This document shows positions 42,408 to 57,142 of a stretch of 64,000 nt of DNA, piece after piece. Source of the stretch: Eledone cirrhosa (taxonomy: Eukaryota); the NCBI GenBank assembly GCA_964016885.1, contig OZ024741.1, positions 117,366,001-117,430,000 of the forward strand, written 5' to 3'. The notes beneath the pieces are model-generated. The model worked only from the letters and a program-made list of their open reading frames with translations, made no database searches and had not been told where the DNA came from. Position numbers and translations under genes: made by a program. Every line of letters begins with the position of its first letter. Within the stretch, counting starts at the first letter, position 1.

Positions 42408-42676
42408 ATAAATAAGTAAATTAAATTAAATAAAATAAGATAAATAAATACATACACAAGCACATAAACACACACTAGTCACCCAGCAGACACAACACTA
42501 TACACACTAGTCACACATCACACATAACACTATACACACACGCAAACGCATGCGCAAAGAAGACAAAATAAAATAAGATAAACAAACAAGCAAATAAATA
42601 AATAAATATATAGACAGACTGAACAAAAAAAATGGCGTAGACATACAACACAACAGGAGGAACAATGAATATAACA

Positions 42677-42716
42677 CCACTGACGATGTTGCAGATGTGC
42701 AACGAAAGATTTATGT
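42677..42716 (+). ncRNA. HHR-like motif of P2 (mirror at ~41528-41567 -)
   Basis: CTGACGA t gttgca gatg tgcaac GAAA gatt TA; stem I weak (2 bp). Confidence 0.6.
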
Positions 42717-42982
42717 AAACTATATATATATGTGTTTGTCTATATTGTATCTGTATTATTTTTGACCGCCGGTCAGTCAATGGCAACATTGAGGACCGAG
42801 TAAGTTAGATCGCAGATATATATATATAAAAGACAGCGAGAAGCGAAAACCAACCAAACAGTGAGTGTGTTCTGTTATTAATTCTGGCAATATTACGCAA
42901 ATATGACCCTCCCCAAATATAACAATATCTGTTTCGACACACGATTTCATATAAAAAACCTCGCAAAACTAATTCATCGCCG

Positions 42983-43050
<68 letters not shown>

Positions 43051-43052
<2 letters not shown>

Positions 43053-43114
43053 TAATTCTGTTATTAATTCTGGCAATATTACACGAATATGACCCTCCCC
43101 AAGTATAACAATAT
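43051..43114 (+). mobile_element. Isolated P2 subterminal fragment between (TA)n tracts
   Basis: ttctgttattaattctggcaatattacacgaatatgaccctccccaagtataacaatat. Confidence 0.85.
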
Positions 43115-43177
43115 ATATATATATATAATCAAAGTGTGTATACATTTTTGGGGGGACACCCTGTATATAATAATAAA

Positions 43178-43209
<32 letters not shown>

Positions 43210-43284
43210 CACACACATATATATATATATATACAAGGTGTCCCCGCCAAAATGTATATACACTTTGATTATATATATATCGGT

Positions 43285-44292
43285 AATCTAATTTATTCGG
43301 TCCTCAATGGTGCCATTGACTGACCAACGGTCAAAAATACAGATACAATATAGACACAAACACATATATATAGTTTATCAAAGTTCTTTCGTTGCACATC
43401 TGCAACATCGTCAGTGGTGCTATTGTTTCCTCCCGTTGCATTGTATATTCTACGCCATCTTTATTTAGTCTGTTTATATATTTATTTATTTGTTTATTTT
43501 TTTGTCTTCTTTGCGCATGCGTTTGCGTGTGTATAGTGTTTTGTTTGATGTATGTTCGTGATTGGGTGACTGTGTATTGGTTAATGTATTCTATCTTTAC
43601 TAGTGTGTGTTTATATGTTTGTTGTTATTGTGCTTGTGTATGTATTTATTTATTTATCTAAATAGAAATAGAACTTAGAAGGCCAAGGCTAACCAGAAAA
43701 AATGAATGGAATAACAACAACATCCAAACAAACAACACTGACCTAAGAGAAGTATAAATAAATAAATAAATAAATAAATAAATACATACACAAGCACAAT
43801 AACAACAAACACATATAAACACACACTAGTAAAGATAGAATATATTAACCAATACACAGTCACCCAATCACGAACACACATCAAACAAAACACTATACAC
43901 ACACGCAAACGCATGCGCAAAGAAGACACAAAAAAAAAAAAAATATATATAAACAAACTAAATAAAGATGGCGTAGAAAATACAATAGCACCACTGACGA
44001 TGTTGCAGAAGTGCAACGAAAGAACTTTGATAAACTATATATATGTGTTTGTGTCTATATTATATCTGTATTTTTGACCGTTGGTCAGTCAATGGTAACA
44101 TTGAGGACCGAATAAATTAAATTAACCGATATAAAAGACACAGAAGCGAAAAGCGAAAATCAACCAAACAGTGAGTGTGTTCTGTTATTAATTCTGGCAA
44201 TATTACACAAATATGACCCTACCCAAGTATAACAATATTTGTTTCGACACACGATTTCATATCAAAAACCTCTCAAAACTAATTCATCGCCG
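43285..44292. mobile_element. Second, diverged P2 fold-back
   Basis: Arms ~43290-43657 and ~43770-44118 with scattered differences; complete terminus to 44292. Confidence 0.9.
43991..44031 (+). ncRNA. HHR-like motif of P2 (mirror at 43377-43418 -)
   Basis: CTGACGA t gttgca gaag tgcaac GAAA gaac TT tgat. Confidence 0.6.
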
Positions 44293-44330
44293 TTATATAT
44301 ATATATATATGTGTGTCTGTATATATATAT

Positions 44331-44417
<87 letters not shown>

Positions 44418-44912
44418 TATACACATATATAGATACATATATATATATGCATATACATATATATACACATATATAGATACATATATACATACATACAAGC
44501 ATTACAAAATAAACGTTTATCTACATATATATATATATGTGTGTATCTATCTATATATATATACATATATATACATATAAACATTACAAATTAAACGTGT
44601 ATCTACATATAGCATACACAACGCACATAGATTTGCTTATATGTACAAACACACACACTTGCACATGATTTATACAAGAATTGTTTGTCATACATGCTAC
44701 GACAACTAAGCCCTCTCTCACATACGTGTATATAAGGAAAAGGTCCGACTGCAAGCTGAAGAACCTTGGAAAGATTACAAGCTGAAACCGCAGGATTCGT
44801 GTTCCTCTTTAATTTACCCAGTCTGTATCGAGTACTATTCTCTTTGGGCTTTTCCTGGTCTTCGCACCGCAGATACACAGACACTCTCTCTCTCACTCAC
44901 TCCCTCTCTCTG

Positions 44913-44981
<69 letters not shown>

Positions 44982-44986
<5 letters not shown>

Positions 44987-45429
44987 AATATAAATGCAGC
45001 GAGAATCGCATTTCGGCGGGTAGAAAAAGCGAAACGTAACGCAAATTCCGAGTCATGCTGGCAAGCGCTCCATAGGCTAAAGGACTAGAGCAATAAACAT
45101 AGGTTATAAAGACCATACAAACTGAGAAGGCGGTCAAGAGGCTATGGACCACCTAAGCCAAAAAACAAGTCAAGCTAAACAGGTCAGACAAAATAAATGA
45201 CAACATCATATATATATATATATATACATACATATATATATATATATAACGAAGGAAATGTGGTAAGGAACCAGGTGGACAATAACGCACCAAAGTACTC
45301 AATACTTAGGGTAGTAGAGTGGGTAATAGGAACGAGTAGGACCCCGACGGCTGAGCTCAAGCCGTTTCGACGGCTAATTCTGGATTAGCCGTCGAAACGG
45401 CTTGAGCTCAGCCGTCAGGGTCCTACTCG

Positions 45430-45517
<88 letters not shown>

Positions 45518-46217
45518 TATAACAAACCTGGACCCTTGGAATTGATGGTAAAATCCAGTACAGGGTTTCTGCGACACCTAAATCAATAATACTTTCTGCT
45601 TAAAACAATAAGCTTTTGGTATAATGATCGAACAAGGAATATCACGTTATCAACAGGTATTTTGTTCTGCGCCAGTATTGCGGATGACACGGTGTTTAGT
45701 AAAAGCACATGTGTAACTCACAGGGGAAAAACCCCAGATTTTGGCAAATGAATTCAGTATATGTAAATCATGCAAAAAATTGCATAAATAGCACAAATCG
45801 AATAACAGGTTAATTGTAAAACTCGGGAGATTAATACAAATATAAATTCAGCGAGAATCGAATTTCGGCAGATAGAAAAAGCGAAACGTAACGCAAATTC
45901 CGAGTCATGCTGGCAAGCGCTCCATAGGCTAAAGGACTAGAGCAATAAACATAGGTTATAAACGCCATACAAACTGAGAAGGCGGTCAAGAGGCTATGGA
46001 CCACCTAAGCCAAAAAACAAGTCAAGCTAAACAGGTCAGACAAAATAAATGACATAATCATATATATATATATATACATACATATACATATATATATACA
46101 TATACACATATATATATTCATATATATACATACATATATACATACATATATATATACATACATATACATATATATAACAAACCTGGACCCTTGGAACTGA
46201 TGGTAAAATCCAGTACA

Positions 46218-46223
<6 letters not shown>
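44982..46223. repeat. LTR-like direct repeat A-(TA)n-B ... A-(TA)n-B
   Basis: A 44982-45208 = 45834-46060; B 45521-45568 = 46176-46223. Confidence 0.9.
45249..45432 (-). mobile_element. Family Q element with ~50-bp-arm fold-back, nested in a (TA)n tract
   Basis: IR 45330-45432; RC matches 15968-16121. Confidence 0.85.
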
Positions 46224-46271
<48 letters not shown>

Positions 46272-46322
46272 TTATTTATTTATTTATTTATTTATTAAAA
46301 TAAAAGATTAAAGTTTAAGCAA

Positions 46323-46378
46323 AGGTTTCAGGACCCTAGACAATATTAACATACGTCTAGATCGTTCATCAGACAAAG
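46323..46378 (-). ncRNA. Partial HHR (stem III and cleavage site lost)
   Basis: RC: CTGATGA acgat ctagac...gtctag ggtcct GAAA cc; downstream sequence shared with 63380-63415. Confidence 0.45.
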
Positions 46379-46458
46379 AGGTTAGGAATTGAAAATATAA
46401 CCGCTATGTTCTATACATAGAGCACTCTTTTTTCCTTAGCTTTTTCTTCGGAAATACC

Positions 46459-46564
<106 letters not shown>

Positions 46565-46566
46565 AT

Positions 46567-46609
<43 letters not shown>

Positions 46610-46774
46610 ATCCTGATGATTTCTCAAGAATGAAATAGTTCTAGTCCTGTAGAATCTCATCTATATTAAAACTTTTGTACTCTGCTATGTATTGAGTACC
46701 TTACTTACTGTGGTTACCTCCGATTCAACCCGGAATAACTTACCTATATATATATATATATATGTATGTATATG

Positions 46775-46818
<44 letters not shown>

Positions 46819-46826
46819 GGGTGCAT

Positions 46827-46880
<54 letters not shown>

Positions 46881-47113
46881 ATGCACCCTAGACGAATGGT
46901 TCTGTACCACTGCCAGGAATCTTGAGCATGTGTCATTTACCATGGCTTGTGAATGAAATTGAGTAGGCGGAAACGGTTTGGAAGGCTCAGCGACTTATAC
47001 ATTAATTTACCAAGCAAGCATTTCCCTTGATCGTTGAAACCCACAGAAAACTATGTGCACACACACACACTCACATCCACACACTCGCATCCACACATTC
47101 ACACACACACACA

Positions 47114-47217
<104 letters not shown>

Positions 47218-47264
47218 AACGCACTCTCACACACACACACACTCACACACACATGTTTGAAAGC

Positions 47265-47505
47265 TGTGAATTGGTAGAATTGTTAGGCCGCCGGATTAAA
47301 AATGCCCCACTATTCGTTCCCGCTCACTGTTCTCATCCATTTAAGGTCGATAAAATATACCAGTCTAGTACAGGGATCGATTCTTCGGCTATATCTCTCT
47401 CTCATTTCCTTTCTCTGATACTCTCTCCAGCCTTCTCTGAACGAAATTTGGTGTATTTGGACCTGGTGAGAGGATGGGTTCCGCCAGGTTTTAATATGCC
47501 CTAGA
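47265..47505 (+). mobile_element. SINE family A2 (diverged)
   Basis: Head tgaattggtagaattgttag; tail ccgccaggttttaatatgccc. Confidence 0.6.
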
Positions 47506-47964
47506 AACATATGTATGTATATGTGATGTGGTAAATAAATATATGCAAATACATCAGGCCCGAACACAATGGAACCAAACTCCCACAGTCATTGCCTCCG
47601 ACTCTCCGGCTCTTCCCATCTCTCACTATTATAAGCAAATGTGGACTCACGCGCTGGCCACCCCGGCGGACAGAATAGAGGAGGCGTTTTCCCGGAGGAT
47701 AGTGAGGGAGATGCGATGACGCCCATACGACTCCTTCGGGATTTACTGGTACACACACACACACATTATATATATATACGTTTAAATTTAGTAGTTTACC
47801 ACTGGGTAGAATTGGTCATTCTGCAATGTTAACCCTGACGTAATATGAGAAAAGCACTCGACGTATGTAGCTCATCCATCTTTGATGTTGAATCATGTTG
47901 GTGGTGCGGGAACTGAGTCAAATATATTATAAATACACACACACACATACAGACACGTTTGAAG

Positions 47965-48312
<348 letters not shown>

Positions 48313-48896
48313 CCCCACCATTACAAATCCAACTCATTGCACTCTCTACCATATGTATCTATTTAAAAAAATATTTGTATTAATATTTTTGTTATGTTTG
48401 TATATATGAGATCTTTAACACTACACTTATTACCACTGATATCACATTTCTACTTAGCAAGTTACCTTTTCACACCCCAGCACCATAACCTCTTTACTTT
48501 CACTCCTATTTATATAATTATCGTGTTGTGTATGTATGTGTATTTATGTGTGTGTGTATATATGTATATATGTATATATATATATATGTATGTGTGTGTG
48601 AGAGAGAGAGTGAGAGAGAGGGGAGAAAGAGAGAGAGAGGGGGAGAAAGAGAGAGAGAGAGTGTGTGTGAATACCCAGATTATAGGGGTAGATATGATAT
48701 GTAGACGGTTACATCAACGAAGAGCATCAATAGTGCAATAAAGATAAGGATACTATTTCGTCATCGAAGATAGTATTTCACTGAAGCTATTATTTCATCC
48801 AATACATTCTTTGATTGTAGACTTAATATGTCACTCTGTTTAACACCATCTCTTGGTTCGTGCATGGCTGTAACCGAATTCACTCTGCTGCATGTG

Positions 48897-49680
<784 letters not shown>

Positions 49681-49705
49681 TACATTAATCAAAGTTCAGT
49701 TTAAA

Positions 49706-49794
49706 TAATTCTGGCAATATTACGCAAATATGACCCTCCCCAAGTATAACAATATCTGTTTTGACACACGATTTCATATAAAAAAACCTCGCAA

Positions 49795-49798
<4 letters not shown>
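49706..49798 (+). mobile_element. P2 terminal fragment
   Basis: taattctggcaatattacgcaaatatgaccctcccc...cctcgcaaaact(TA)n. Confidence 0.9.
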
Positions 49799-49866
<68 letters not shown>

Positions 49867-49867
49867 T

Positions 49868-50178
49868 AATAAAAACAAAGAACAAGTTCCTTATATTAAA
49901 AAATTCATCATTTTAAGATCGTTTCTAGGATGTATATATGTGTGTTGGTATGTATATGTAAAAATATTACAAAATATCAGAGGAAATATACATACCTTCA
50001 CATATACATGCTGTCTTCAGAAAGTATGTATATGTGAAGGTATGTATATTTCCTCTGATAGTTTGTAATATTTTTACATAGATCTATATGATATACATAC
50101 CAACACACATATACATCACAGAAACGATCGGAAAATGATGAATTTTTTAATATAAGGAACTTGTTCTTTGTTTTTATT
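49868..50178. mobile_element. Fold-back element with a long-stem-II HHR on the minus strand (49911-50025)
   Basis: Arms 49868-50009 and 50026-50178; RC: ttt CTGAAGA ...~90-nt hairpin... GAAA cgatc TT aaa. Confidence 0.7.
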
Positions 50179-50317
50179 TCATTGTTTTTATTAATTTATC
50201 TTGATTCTGTTTTCCTATGATTTTCATCGAAAATTTTTGAATGCATCTTCTCTTTTCATGATATTTGGATTACATTGAGTTCTCCATACGGATTGGACAC
50301 TACCGTATATTTTGGTA

Positions 50318-50419
<102 letters not shown>

Positions 50420-50459
50420 CATAATGCACACACACACATACGTGTATGTGTGTGTGAAA

Positions 50460-50748
50460 GTGCGTGCTTTGTCGTTAGGGTATTTGGTTCCCGGTGGAGT
50501 GTTGTGTTCTTGAGCAAGACACTTCATTTCACGTTTCTTTAGTCCACTCAGCTGTCGCTATAGAATAGTAGTTGTAATTCGAACGGCCAGTCATGCCACA
50601 TTCTGTGTCAAGCTGAATTTCCCAAAAAACTACGTTAAGGGTACCGATATCTGTAGAATGGTCCGCCACATACACGTTTAATTTCACGAGCAGGCTGTTC
50701 CATTGATCGTATCAACTGGAACATTCGTCGTCGTAATCGGCAGATTGG

Positions 50749-50750
<2 letters not shown>
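50460..50750 (+). mobile_element. SINE family B
   Basis: gtgttcttgagcaagacacttcatttcacg; tail aatttcacgagcaggctgttcc. Confidence 0.75.
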
Positions 50751-50789
<39 letters not shown>

Positions 50790-50811
50790 ATATATATATA
50801 TATATATTTTT

Positions 50812-50863
<52 letters not shown>

Positions 50864-50911
50864 CATGTATGTAAATGTATGTGAAATAAAACGTAAATAT
50901 CATTTTTGCTA

Positions 50912-51118
50912 CAGGGTGGTGGATTGTCGGACACCATGCTTTGCAGCATAGAGTTACGTCCCTTTACAGTCTGAGTTCAAATCCTGCCGAGGTTAAGTTT
51001 GCCTTTCATCCTTACGGGGTCGGTAAAATAAAGCACCAGTAACGTACTGGGGTCGATTTAATCGACTTTCCCCTCCCCCCAAACTACTGGCCTTCTGTCT
51101 ATAGTAGAAATCATTATT
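50912..51118 (+). mobile_element. SINE family A
   Basis: B box, body and (att) tail present. Confidence 0.9.
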
Positions 51119-51299
51119 GCTATAATCGGTCCACAAGCATTCAGCAAACACCCTAAACCGAACGTCAACCTACAGTCACTCATGATTTCTGCCAAACCAA
51201 ACCGCACCCATCCTCCAAATTCGGGAAAACTACATTCCACTTTCCACCCTATTTTACCCCTGCTATGAAATATAAACAAATTGATTACTCGACAGTTTT

Positions 51300-51660
51300 C
51301 ATCTCATCGAAGGCAGAATGATAAATCTTCTTAAACATTCATTGAAGAAGGAATACTCGACTGTTATAGTCAATCTGAGCAGTAAGTTTATAACTTACTA
51401 CAGCTATGTTGTACTTTCCAGTGTTTGTATCAGAAGCTCTTCCATAGAAAACACAAATTGGTGATCCCTGTGTCTGTGTATCCTATGATATCAACACAAG
51501 TAAAATCCAATTCAATCCAGGGCTTTCTCACTCCTTTTAGAGGAACTACTTTCTGTTTGGTGTTGGTCATATCAGAGGTGTAGCCTTACTCACCACGCTT
51601 GGTCAATTGCGGTTGGTGGGGCTATTTAACCCATAGTTGGCTCTGAGGAATTCTTTCAAC
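51300..51660 (-). mobile_element. Possible highly degraded LINE RT fragment
   Basis: RC gives QGSP followed, across a frameshift, by FVFSMEELL, like the non-LTR RT QG.PLSP motif. Confidence 0.3.
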
Positions 51661-54600
51661 TAAAATACTGTGCAAAAACCGTGTAAATAGTGGTCTATAA
51701 TTTAGGAACAAAGCCGGTAATTTTCGGGAAGAGGAAGTCGATTTAAATCGACACCAGTACATGACGGCAACTTTATTTTATCGACTCCGGAAAGATGAAA
51801 GTCAAACTTTGCCCCGGCAGAATTTTAAACTCAGAACGTAAAGAGCTGGAACAAGTAACGTTCTACGGATTCGGTCAAAATAAAGGTAATGTAACGGACC
51901 AAATGTCTTGCGGCATTTAGTTGTATTACTTAATGTTCTGAGTTCAAATCCTACTGATGTTTATTTTCCACGTTCATACTCATAGAGATCGATAGATTAA
52001 ATACCATTTGATAGTACCAAGACTGATATAATCGATTATAGCTCTCTACCTTTTGTTTTTATGCTAGAAATCGATATTATCAATAAAGTAATAACTGTTG
52101 TTTTTATTTAGTTCCGGGTTAGCTCTGATATAACAGGTATTTAAGATATTCAATAATGACATTATCCAATGAGTCTTTCCCGATTTTAGTGGGCGTTGCG
52201 TAGCCGAATCATTAAGTTCCAGATTCAGTCTCATTGCGTGGCATCTTGCGCAAATGTTATTTACCATAGCTTCAGGTCAACCCGTACCATGTGAGTGGAA
52301 TTGGGTGGATGGAAACTATCTGGAAACGCATCAGATTGACTGTACTTGTAAGTGAAAGGGCCAGCCGTGTTACGTTGAATCTCCCTGAGAACTACGTTAA
52401 GAGTGTACGTGTCTGTGGAATGCTCAGTGACTTACACGTTAATTTCATGAGTAGGCTGTTCCGTCGATAGAACAGCTGGAACACTCATTATGTTAACTGA
52501 CGGAGTTCCATTCTAATTCCAATTCCCGCTTTCGTGACGGGATGTAAACTAAGTGATATTTGTTTTTCTAACATATCAATCGAATTCATTGAGAATTTTT
52601 CGTTAGTTCAAGAAAAAGTAATTATTCTTGCTGTTGTTTAGTCACATATAAGTCCTGATTTAGCAGATCTATAAACAAAATTATTTCTAGCCATGACCAT
52701 ATTTATAAGAGTGAAAGGCTAATAATCCATCGGGATTTTTCCACGTGAGTTTGAATCTCATTTTGTCACCAGATGAAATGTCTTATTTAATAGGTGAGGA
52801 TCGGATCAAAGCCAATGAATTCTAACACAGACTATTATCCATTAGACTAATATCGTCCATATATTAAAGTGGCACCGAATGAATGTAACGTAAATTGTCA
52901 GGAATTATTATGCACTACAGGGAACATAAAAAGCAAGAAACTGTGTGTTCAAATTCCAGGAAACCACCATTTATAAATTTGGCCAGTTTCTGTCATGCAC
53001 AGTTGCAATGTAGTACAAGGGAGGTAACACCCTACCTCAGAATATTAGAAAGGCTATATTGAAAGACTCCGTTGTCTAATTTATAGGGGCATAATAATCT
53101 TCTATTTAGAAGTAAACTAATGTATAACCCTTTCGATACCAACCCACCCAAGACCGCCTACCTTTCTATACAAGCTCTCCATTTTAAAGGGTTCCTACTT
53201 AAATTTATATCTCTTAACATAGTTTGATACCAGAACTCTTTATTTTACAAATATCATCTGAACGAAATAATAATTGTAGTGAATCTCTCCAAATTCTTCA
53301 TTAATTGATTGTAAGTCAATATATTTAATTTTTTTTTTTTTTTTTTTAGAAAAGGTTAAAGCAGGCTCCCGGGCCCGGGTACAAAGGTAGTGCTAGGTCT
53401 GCGAGCAAATTTCTAATTTTCAAATAGCTTGTTATACATATACTATTAGATATCCAATCTCCTCTAAGTATAAATACCTATTTTTATTGCTATCATATAA
53501 CAATTTGAGGGGGTGTACGGGGGGGGGGGGGGTAATTTAAATAAAAGGGGCCCTCGGGAGAGAAAGGTTTGGGAACTACTGAATCAAAATAAATTCTTTC
53601 ACTTTATTCGCAATGAAAATCTTAATTTCATTGCTTCTTATTGCTGTTGTTTTTGTTCTTCGTTTTCCTTCTGTTGAACAGTTATAAAACAATTCTAGAG
53701 CATTCTAATCTCACGGCAAACGTAAATAAAAGATGACGAATATGATGCGAAAAAGAAATAGCAACTATCGCATTTCATTCTGTTTTGTTTCAGTTTTATT
53801 CTTTTATTTTTTTCATTTATCTACATATTTTTCATCATCCGTTTGTAGCTGGCAACAGCTAAACCCTGCTACCACGAACTAACTAAAACTACCAATCTAC
53901 TTACTTTCTACACTATATTATATATACCCACCAACGCTAGAAATAATCAGCCCACCTGACGACTATCTTTCGAAAACTACCATTTTTGTTTGTTAATTTG
54001 TTTGTTTGTTCATTTGTTGTTATTTACTTTTTTAAACGAGAAATTCATCAGAAAAGAGAACCACGTCAAGAAGGAAAGGTCTTAGGAAGTGCTAAAATAT
54101 TTATTGCATTTGGAAGAAAACTCCCAAAAAATTTGAAAGAAAGACATTTCGTTTAATGCAATAATTATTGGAACAATCCAGCCCTAACGTTTAATACGAA
54201 ACAGTAATAGACACATTTAAAAAAAAAAAAACAGTTATATAACGCTCGTTGATAAAAAAGATTATATGTGATTGTATATATATATTGGGATATTTTTCTC
54301 TCTTGGATATTTCGCTTTGAAAAAAGACAAAAATATATATATATATTTCAAAAGAACATCAACAAAACACAACAGCAATGAGAATAACGTACAAAAATAT
54401 GATGAAAAAAAATACGAAAGTATATTTAATTAAAACATTTTTTTAAATTTTATTTTTTTTTAAAATAATAATTTGAAAAAATAAAAAAAAAAACTCTAAC
54501 GTTATTCTCTTGCACATATAATTCCCAATGTATTCCGGGTATGCACGGGTAAGAACTTGTTTATTTACTTATTACAAATTAACTATTACGACTTGATTTT

Positions 54601-55219
54601 TTAAAATGTTAAGTCAATATCAGATATTATTATAAACGTTAGTTTTGAACAGAAAAATAGTCACATATACTCTGATGTAATTTGAACCAGGTGTCGCTTG
54701 CATATCAGTAGCGGGAGGGGGATACCTGTTTTTTTCTTTCTTAAATTGTTTCTGATAATATCTGATATCATTTAGTTTTAGATTTTCCACAAATGTTTAA
54801 AATATTTTTTCATATATTTAAATATTATCGTTTCGTTTCATTTTTATTTTACCCCGATTTTATTTTTCTATTTATGTTTAATTTCGTTTCGTTTATTTTC
54901 CTTTATTTGACTTATGCGCAATTTTCTTTCATTCTTTCTTTTCCTTTTCTTCTTTTTATTTTTCCTTTTTTATTTTTTCCTTTTATTTTTTCTTCTTTTC
55001 ATTTTTTACGTTTCCTTTTAAGTTTTCAGTATTTAAGTTGTAGACTGAATGATTTGACCCTATAAATAATTACGTTTATTTCGATTTTATATAATAGTAT
55101 TTTCAAATACAAAACGGACATATTGTAATTTTTCCTTAATTATATTTAAAAAAATAATATTTCTGTTAATGAATTCTTGTAAGTTCCCTGTTAAAGTTTA
55201 TACTTCTTCCCATCATATT

Positions 55220-55980
55220 CAACACCACAACAACAACTACTACTATCATCACCAACACCATGACCACCACTACAATTTTTACTACCAGCACAGCCACCCA
55301 GCCATTATTTAAACATTCACCATCATAATTACTATCATTAATACCACCACCACAACTATTGTCACGTTCATCACAACCACTAAAGCTATTACCACTAAAA
55401 CCACGATCACCGACACTAATAATACCATCACAGCCACTACTATAACGATTACCCCAACAGCACAACCATTACTACCATGATCCCCACCAACAATACCACC
55501 ACGTAACCACTATTATAACGATCAACAACACCATCACAACCACTACTATAACGATCATCACCACCACCAATAAATATCATCACAATCACGTCTCTAACAA
55601 TCACCACTAATAATTGTTTCTACTTTTGGCACAAGGCCAGCAATTATCCCAGTGAATTACTGGTACTTTATTTTATCGACCCCGTAAGGATGAAAGGCAA
55701 AGTTAACCTCTGCGGGATTTGAACTCAGACCACTAATAATACTACCACAACCACTACTACCACGATCACCACCAACAATACCACTACAAATAATACCACC
55801 ACAACCACTACTACCACGATCATCACCAACAATACCACTACAAATAATACCACCACAACCACTACTACCACGATCACCGCCAACAGTACCACTACTACCA
55901 TTACCACCACCACGATCACCACCAACAATACCACTACAACCATTACCACCACAACCACTGCTATGACGTTTAACCCCATC
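55220..55980. repeat. (ACC/ACT/ACA) low-complexity tract with ~57-bp subrepeats
   Basis: accacaaccactactaccacgatca repeated. Confidence 0.85.
55615..55728 (-). mobile_element. 5'-truncated SINE A with 12-bp TSD
   Basis: ACCACTAATAAT at 55603-55614 and 55729-55740. Confidence 0.9.
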
Positions 55981-56344
55981 ACCTTATTAATAATTCGAGG
56001 TTATTTTGTGGAGAAGAAAGTGATATGGTTAATGTCGTTCATAAAAAATATTTATTATAATAAAAATCGGCGCAATAATGAAATGGATAGGTTACGATGT
56101 AATGATATTTATATAACCCTTTTGTTATTATATTTCTAATGAAACACATTATCGTCTTCACTGATGTTGTTGGCGGCACACACCGTCTCCCTCTTAGCGG
56201 CACATCAGCTATGACATTCAAATAATTTTGAAAAGAATCAAGAATTTATAAACCTTACTTTCTCATTATTAAGTTAATGTTAACAAAGATAACACCTTAA
56301 AGGTTCTATCATAACATTCTGCTGAAAGGGTTTTAGATAAATAT

Positions 56345-56546
56345 GGTTTCTTATATAGGCACAAGGCCAGCAATTTTGGGGGAGGGGGAAAGTCGATTAA
56401 ATCGACCCCAGTGCGTGACTGGTACTTTAATTTATCGACCCCGTAAGGTTGAAAGGTAAAGCTAACCTCAGATCATAAAGGGCCATTACTCTATGCTGCA
56501 AAGCATGGTGTCCGACCCTCTACCGATACTGCCAATCCACCGCCCT
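56345..56546 (-). mobile_element. SINE A with 18-bp TSD
   Basis: AGGGTTTTAGATAAATAT at 56327-56344 and 56547-56564. Confidence 0.95.
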
Positions 56547-56682
56547 AGGGTTTTAGATAAATATAAAAACTTACAACATTTCTAAGGAAAGACACTGTCA
56601 GTTCAGTGGTTTCCAAATAATATTGAAAATAATCAAGAATTCGGAAGAATTTAGTAAAATAACCTACATTATTGTTTGTAAT

Positions 56683-56885
56683 GGGGAGGTGGATTGGCAG
56701 AATCAGTAGAGCGTCGGACAACATGCTTTGCAGCATTTAGTTGCATCCCTTTACGTTCTGAGATAAATCTTGTCGAGGTTAGCTATGCATTTCATCCTTA
56801 CGGTATCGATAAAATAAAGCACCATTAAGCCACTAGGTCAATTTTAATCGACTTCCCCCACTCCTAGAAATTGTTGATCTTGTAC
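56683..56885 (+). mobile_element. SINE family A
   Basis: ggattggcagaatcagtagagcgtcggac head and body. Confidence 0.8.
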
Positions 56886-57142
56886 TGTTTCTTACGACGA
56901 GTATTTCAGTTGATTCAGTTAAAGGAACAACCCCTCTATGAAGATGCAGCGTATGCGGAGTGTCGAGGCTGGTTCCTTGAATTATAGGTGCAACACAATT
57001 CTGCCAGCTGACTGAAGAGGAGCAACATGAAATAAGGGGTCTTTTTCGTGGATATAAGGTGCCACCTTCCCGGGAATCGCACTCATGGCACTATGGTGAT
57101 GAATCCAGCAGCCTAATCATTAAGCCACGCGCCTTTCCGATG

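Noticed and set aside
42781-42798. GGCAACATTGAGGACCG resembles part of the HDV ribozyme
   Set aside because: No double-pseudoknot pairings could be built; short chance similarity
46610-46655. CTGATGA...GAAATAGTTCTAGTC
   Set aside because: Stem III out of register and no stem I; kept only as a possible relic
53555-53581. hAT-Charlie-like TIR (aaaggtttgggaactactg)
   Set aside because: No matching partner TIR or TSD found
55725-55982. Valine-rich membrane protein ORF
   Set aside because: Antisense translation of an (ACC/ACT) low-complexity tract
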